From Longimicrobiales bacterium (GTDB lineage Bacteria; Gemmatimonadota; Gemmatimonadetes; Longimicrobiales; Gaopeijiaceae), in the NCBI GenBank assembly GCA_965116905.1, contig OZ220732.1, positions 2,464,001-2,528,000 of the forward strand: a stretch of 64,000 bases of DNA, read 5' to 3'. Shown here piece after piece: positions 59,535 through 64,000 of this stretch (position 1 is its first letter; the number at the start of each line of letters is the position of its first letter). The notes beneath the pieces were generated by a model. It saw only the letters and a list, made by a program, of their open reading frames with translations. It made no database searches and was not told the origin of the DNA. Made by a program: the position numbers and the translations under genes.

Positions 59535-59789
59535 TCACGCTCCCTGCGCCCAAACAACCAACTCTTCAGCCGTCTCGCATTCGGAGACCCTGGCGGCGAT
59601 CGCGGCGATTCGATCCGGGTTGGACACCCGAGCGAGCACCGGGGCGAGGTCGTCCGCGGCCCCGGGACCGAATCTCCGCGTGACCATTCGCATGACCAGA
59701 TCGCGTTCCCCCTCGAGGCGGCCCCGCTCCAGCCACCGCTGGTCCCGCTCCTTCCCCCATTCCCGTGCCCGCTCGATCAACGTCGTCAT
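59535..59789 (-). CDS. Rpn-family C-terminal (RpnS/DUF4351-like) small protein; remnant of an Rpn gene
   Basis: GAGGAGG RBS before MTTLIERAREW; 'ERGRLEGER...RRFG' pattern typical of Rpn/DUF4351 tails. Confidence 0.6.
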   Translation of the reverse strand: MTTLIERAREWGKERDQRWLERGRLEGERDLVMRMVTRRFGPGAADDLAPVLARVSNPDRIAAIAARVSECETAEELVVWAQGA

Positions 59790-60035
59790 CCTTGCCTCCT
59801 CGTCCTTCGTGAGCCTGAGATCGTCCGGCAGGTCTTCAACGATGACGTACTCCGGCGTTGTCCCGGTCCTGTTCCCACCTGCGGCCTTGCGAACCACGCC
59901 GGGGACTTTCCCGGCAACTCTGCTGACCGCGTCCATTCCTGCCTGAACCGTGCGCACACCTCGTCTGCCGATCTCGGTTGCGGAGTCCATGATCTCCTCG
60001 ATTGTCGAACCCCGTTGGTCGAAGCTACCCGCCTG

Positions 60036-60095
60036 GTGCTCCCGGTAGAAGTCGATCCTGCAGCATAGTCGACCCTCGAGGCGATGGGGGACGGG
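60036..60095 (-). pseudogene. Degraded 3' fragment of a second DUF1971 gene
   Basis: Translates PHRLEGRLCCRIDFYRE versus PHRVALAGPLRCRIDFFRE in 57548-57829; DNA similarity is also visible. Confidence 0.6.
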
Positions 60096-60196
60096 AGAAG
60101 GTGAATGATGGTGATATGACTAAGGGATTAGTCAATCTGGCTGGCCGAAAGGGGCACGGGGCCGGCAACGTCGGCAGGCCCCTCGGACCTTACCTG

Positions 60197-60217
60197 AGTT
60201 ATCATTAACTGATAACT
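60197..60217 (+). promoter_or_regulatory. TA operator inverted repeat
   Basis: AGTTATCA-ttaac-TGATAACT, 6 nt upstream of ATG 60224. Confidence 0.75.
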
Positions 60218-60223
60218 TCCGTA

Positions 60224-60595
60224 ATGACGACACCTGACCGCGATCCGGGGCTGGACACGCTGCTCCACCTTCACGGCGAGACGCTTTTCGTGGACGATGC
60301 GGGCCACTGGGTGAAGTTCGTCGTGGTGCAGACCGAGGTGACGCCGGAACGGCCACACGGCCTTCGCTACTCGCTGACGCTGCACGCGCCGGATGGCGCC
60401 AGGCTGGTCGGATTCGACAACGCGCACCCGGTGAGGGAGCGTCGAGGCCCAGGCGGCGGGCAACGAGTGAAGCGCGACCACCGGCATCGCTTGCGGACAA
60501 TCCGGCCCTACGAATACGAAAACGCGGCCAAGCTGCTCGCGGACTTCTGGGAGGAAGTCGACCACGTGCTTCGAGAGAGAGGATCGATTCCATGA
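60224..60595 (+). CDS. DUF6516/TumE-like toxin
   Basis: RPHGLRYSLTLH...RLVGFDNAH, DHRH, LLADFWEEV. Confidence 0.78.
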   Translation: MTTPDRDPGLDTLLHLHGETLFVDDAGHWVKFVVVQTEVTPERPHGLRYSLTLHAPDGARLVGFDNAHPVRERRGPGGGQRVKRDHRHRLRTIRPYEYENAAKLLADFWEEVDHVLRERGSIP

Positions 60596-60987
60596 AGACA
60601 CTGAAGATCGGTATCGCCGACTACGACCAGATGAAGGCGCGCACCATGGCCATTGCCCGTGGCGAGCACACGCCTGCGAGTGGTGAGCCCAAGGTCTGGT
60701 TCACGTCCATCGAGAGCTTCGCAAGGCTGCTTTCTGAGCATAACAGGCATCTCCTGGAACTGATTGCCCGCGAGCGGCCGCGGTCGCTGACGGAGCTTGC
60801 GGAACTGGCCGGGCGCAGCAAGTCCAATCTCTCGCGAACCCTGAAGACGATGTCGCAATACGGACTCGTCGAATTGCGGCGAGGCGTGCGCGGCAGGCTG
60901 GTGCCGCGGGTGCCCTACGACCAGGTGAGGCTCGATGTCTCGTTGACGGGGACGAGCAGTAGTGGGTCGGTCGGTGTCAGCCCGTGA
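60592..60987 (+). CDS. HTH antitoxin (HVO_A0114/TumA-like)
   Basis: WFTSIESFARLLS, SLTELAELAGRSKSNLSRTLK; ATGA overlap with the toxin. Confidence 0.8.
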   Translation: MKTLKIGIADYDQMKARTMAIARGEHTPASGEPKVWFTSIESFARLLSEHNRHLLELIARERPRSLTELAELAGRSKSNLSRTLKTMSQYGLVELRRGVRGRLVPRVPYDQVRLDVSLTGTSSSGSVGVSP

Positions 60988-61004
60988 ACGGCTCAGAGGT
61001 GACC
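60897..61004 (+). repeat. 108-bp direct repeat, copy 1 (3' end of antitoxin gene and downstream flank)
   Basis: Ungapped match to 61740-61847 with 7 mismatches by manual alignment. Confidence 0.93.
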
Positions 61005-61074
61005 GAGAGAACTCCATACCGACGACCCTATCGGCATTCAGCGTCCAGACATTCGTCGCTATGGCCGATCAGCA

Positions 61075-61110
61075 AGCGGGCCACCGGGATCGGAACCCCG
61101 GTGGCCCGCT
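61075..61110. terminator. 14-bp GC-rich stem-loop
   Basis: AGCGGGCCACCGGG-atcggaac-CCCGGTGGCCCGCT, just past the lipoprotein stop. Confidence 0.7.
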
Positions 61111-61123
61111 GACCATCCGCTAG

Positions 61124-61672
61124 TCAGCCTTCCCATCCGTCTCCGTGTCGGATGACCAGCCAGAGATGCTCGTCAGGGTAGTTACGGGCAGCGTCGTCGA
61201 TGGGGAACCGTGCGATGTCGACGCACAGCGCACCGCAGTTCAGTTGCTCGTCTGCGTATCCAGGGTGGGCATGTCGCACGATCATGACCTGCCAGTTTCT
61301 GCGGTCGGCCAGCGTCCACGAGATGCTGCCCTCTGCTACGGGTGCGCCGTGCTGGTGAAGCCGCGCGAAGATCCGCACCTCGCCGCTGTTCTCGAAAGAG
61401 ACAGGTCCGTAGGTCATGCCGTCGAAATCGGAGGCGTGGATGACCAGATCGGGCCCTCCCGGCAGAAACACCTCGACCTCGAGTCCGGCCAGGCCGGCGG
61501 AGTCCGTGAGGGCATTGTTGACCGTCACCTGCCGACCGGACCCGATCGGCCACTCCGCGTCGTGGACGGGCGGCGTCCCCGGATCGCCCGCCACGACTTC
61601 AAGCTGCGTGTCCTGGAACAGGCCGCAGGCGCCGAACGCGGCCACCGCGGCCAGTGCTCGCATGATCCTCAT
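61124..61672 (-). CDS. Hypothetical lipoprotein
   Basis: GGAGG RBS, MRIMRALAAVAAFGAC lipobox, beta-rich body, CxxxC near the C-terminus. Confidence 0.72.
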   Translation of the reverse strand: MRIMRALAAVAAFGACGLFQDTQLEVVAGDPGTPPVHDAEWPIGSGRQVTVNNALTDSAGLAGLEVEVFLPGGPDLVIHASDFDGMTYGPVSFENSGEVRIFARLHQHGAPVAEGSISWTLADRRNWQVMIVRHAHPGYADEQLNCGALCVDIARFPIDDAARNYPDEHLWLVIRHGDGWEG

Positions 61673-61739
61673 CGCCTCCCGCCCTATTTCCCGACTGTTG
61701 ACCCGGTTCCCCATGCACCATACGAAGTCCGCAAGGAAA

Positions 61740-61847
61740 GCTGGCGCCGCGGGTGCCCTACGACCAGGTCAGGCACGATATCTCGTTGACGGGGACGAGG
61801 AGTAGTGGGTCGGTCGGTGTCAGCCCATGAATGGCTCAGAGGTGACC
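61740..61847 (+). repeat. 108-bp direct repeat, copy 2
   Basis: Second copy of 60897-61004. Confidence 0.93.
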
Positions 61848-61864
61848 CACGGCCATCCGACCGC

Positions 61865-62590
61865 TCAACCCCCAATCACCCCCAGCATCTCCCCCCGAAT
61901 CCGCCGCCAGTCCCGACCCAGGTCCACCGTCCGCGCCTGAATACGGAACCCCTCGAGCCACACCTCGGCCCTCAGCGGCTCGTCGCCCACCTGCGGATAC
62001 AGCAGGATGCCCTCGTGCCGTGCCCCGTCCGGCTGGGTGGCCTGGCGGTTCCGCAGGTACGCGAGCAGTTGGCGGCGTTCGGGTGACTCGAGGATGACGT
62101 CCGCTTCCATGACGGGGATCCGTGCGCGATTGGCGGCGTCCGTGGCGTCGGTGCCCGCCCAGTCGATCCGGCGGCGGCCTCCCGGATTCACCCGGTAGAG
62201 GCGCTGCTCGCGCTCGTAGAATCCCGTGACGAAGTCCTCGAAGAGCCTCCACATGGTGGCCTCGTCGCGTCGGAAGTCGCGGAAGGCGGTGTGGCCGGTC
62301 TTCTCGTCGACCATCGAGTTCCGGTGGAGGAGCCGGCACACCGAGAGCAGGTGGTGATAGACCCGGCGCTGGCCTCCGAGCTGGACCCGGGTGAAGGTGT
62401 TCCGCTTCAGCCGGACGCGCGACACGCCGTCGAGCCTGCGGTAGGCGGAGCGCACCTCGCCGCGGATGGATCGGTCGAGTGGGATCCGTGGGCTAGCAGG
62501 CTGCCCAGCGATGTGCGAAGGATGCGATTGGGCAGGATGTCCACCGACAGCTCCTCGAAGTCGCACGCGGCCCGGGCGCGTGACTGGCAC
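61865..62590 (-). pseudogene. mcrC: McrC-family restriction subunit remnant
   Basis: CDFEELSVDILPNRIL, then a frameshift near 62490, then LFEDFV..FY, PVMEADVIL, QLLAYL, GILLYP, TVDL...W. The 5' part and the D-x-K segment are missing. Confidence 0.8.
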
Positions 62591-62790
62591 CGCAAGTTGA
62601 GCGATGCGAGGCACGCGTGGCAGGCCGACACCGACACGCTGATTCTGCTGGTCGCGGCCGGATTCCTGCTCTACCTTGTGAGACCACAGTCAGTGTGGTG
62701 GGGGTGGATTGGGGACGACATGACGTGGTCAGAACCGTGTGTCCACTCATGGGCACGGCACCGTAGCAACAAGGTCACAGAAAGCAATCA

Positions 62791-64000
62791 ATGCCCAAAC
62801 CATCCGCCGACCACCCCGCACTTCGCGCGGCCCGCCTTTGGCGCGATAGCTGCCTCTTGAACGAAGGATCCGTTTTCACCGAAAAGTCGCTCTGGACCTC
62901 GGACAATGTCGGATACCTAGTGCGCTACTACGTACAGAACCTGGACGATGGCGAGGGCGGGTTCTTCCAGAAGCTGGAGAGCCAATTGTCTAGGGCTCCC
63001 GCAAGCGCGAAGCAACTGGCGGCGGAGATGTTCTGGGTGATGTACCTGTTCTGTTCACCGGGATCAATGCAGCCCGGTACGAAGCGCCGCCAGATTCGCC
63101 AGGTCTGGGAATGGTCGGGCGAGCCACTTCCGGACGCCCCGTTTGAACTTGGGGAGGCACTTCAAGACGGCGTCGCCAACCCCGGCATGGCCTTCAATCA
63201 GCTTCGATGGAAGGAGTTTCTCTTTTTCATCGTCGCGATGAAGGCATGGACGGTGTCGTCAAGGCCGCAACGCGAGGCTCGGCTTGCAGACCCGTGGAGT
63301 CTCGCGGAGTGGCTGAAGGACCAGGACGAGACACGCACCCGTCAGCTGCGACACATGCTGTTGTACCTGCTCTTCCCAGATCACTTCGAGCCGTACGCTA
63401 CGGCGTTGCACAAAAGGACCATCGTGCGTGCGTTCACGAAGAAGTTCGGGGAAGATCCGGACCAAGTAGACTACAAAGACAGAATCGCCATTGACCGACA
63501 GCTTCTTGTCGTCCGCGAGAGGCTCCGAGCGGAAGGTGCAGCAGAGGATTTCGGTTTCCACGACGAGCCGTATCTGAAGGTTTGGCAGCCTGATACCGGA
63601 AAAGATGGCAGCGACGACGATCTTCCGACTCCCGAAAAGTCCGGTCGATGGTACCAGGAGAAGTTCGGGGAGGCTCGGGTGTGGGCGTTCGCGCCGGGTG
63701 CGGGTGCGCGGTACTGGGATGAATTCCAGGAGAAGGGGCTCATCGCCATTGGATGGGACCAACTGGGGGATCTTCGAGAGTTTGAAAGCAGGGAGGACAT
63801 CCACGAAGAACTCCGTGACATCCTCGACAAGCCGAATCCGCACAACGACTCGCTCGCATGCTATCAGTTTGCTCACGAGATGCGGCGCGGTGATTATGTG
63901 CTCGTCAAGCAAGGGCGCACGTTGCTGTTGGGCTATGGGGTCATCGAATCCGGCTATGAGTTTGACGAGAGCCGTCCCGAATTCCGACACACGCGGGCCG
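62791..64000 (+). CDS. McrB-family protein, N-terminal recognition domains (3' partial)
   Basis: The frame is open from ATG 62791 to the window end and is absent from the ORF track. It reads WRDSCLLNEGSVFT..LWT, QLAAEMFW, RHMLLYLLFPDHFE, then an EVE/PUA-like 'WAFAPG..ARYWDEF...IAIGW...MRRGDYVLVKQG' domain. The GTPase domain is not in the window. Confidence 0.75.
   Translation, partial: MPKPSADHPALRAARLWRDSCLLNEGSVFTEKSLWTSDNVGYLVRYYVQNLDDGEGGFFQKLESQLSRAPASAKQLAAEMFWVMYLFCSPGSMQPGTKRRQIRQVWEWSGEPLPDAPFELGEALQDGVANPGMAFNQLRWKEFLFFIVAMKAWTVSSRPQREARLADPWSLAEWLKDQDETRTRQLRHMLLYLLFPDHFEPYATALHKRTIVRAFTKKFGEDPDQVDYKDRIAIDRQLLVVRERLRAEGAAEDFGFHDEPYLKVWQPDTGKDGSDDDLPTPEKSGRWYQEKFGEARVWAFAPGAGARYWDEFQEKGLIAIGWDQLGDLREFESREDIHEELRDILDKPNPHNDSLACYQFAHEMRRGDYVLVKQGRTLLLGYGVIESGYEFDESRPEFRHTRA

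Noticed and set aside
53500..62700. Possible integron cassette array or prophage
   Set aside because: No recurring attC (RYYYAAC...GTTRRRY) structure, integrase or phage structural genes were recognised, and gene orientations are mixed.
63259..63990. 243-aa minus-strand ORF
   Set aside because: It is the antisense shadow of the McrB-like gene on the plus strand.

Overview
High-GC bacterial chromosomal window. The gene repertoire (6-bladed beta-propeller, cadherin/Ig-repeat lipoprotein, carboxypeptidase-regulatory-domain proteins, TonB receptors, alpha2-type GlyRS) suggests a Gemmatimonadota-like, possibly host-associated organism; this is inference only. Positions ~1-52 kb are mostly housekeeping and envelope genes: pyrC, nfuA-like, glyQS, NSS transporter, nth, blaI/M56 pair, pxpABC, a tiny metS-like gene, carB-HDAC-ccmH-M24-priA-HNH, two convergent ECF-sigma operons (one with a MacAB-TolC-type exporter, one with a protease-less tandem-PDZ protein), thrC, peptidases, an MTHFR-like gene and two TonB receptors. 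Positions ~53-64 kb form an accessory/defence island of small self-regulated modules and gene scars. It holds a mazEF-like TA pair, ArsR-SRPBCC, an RloA-like ATPase lacking its partner, DUF1971 plus a degraded second copy, an orphan RpnS-like C-terminus, a DUF6516/HTH TA pair whose 3' end is duplicated (108 bp) around a lipoprotein cassette, an inverted mcrC remnant with the catalytic motif deleted, and an mcrB-like gene running off the window. No rRNA, tRNA, CRISPR array, integrase or intact transposase was recognised. All family calls come from motif recognition by eye, not database searches.
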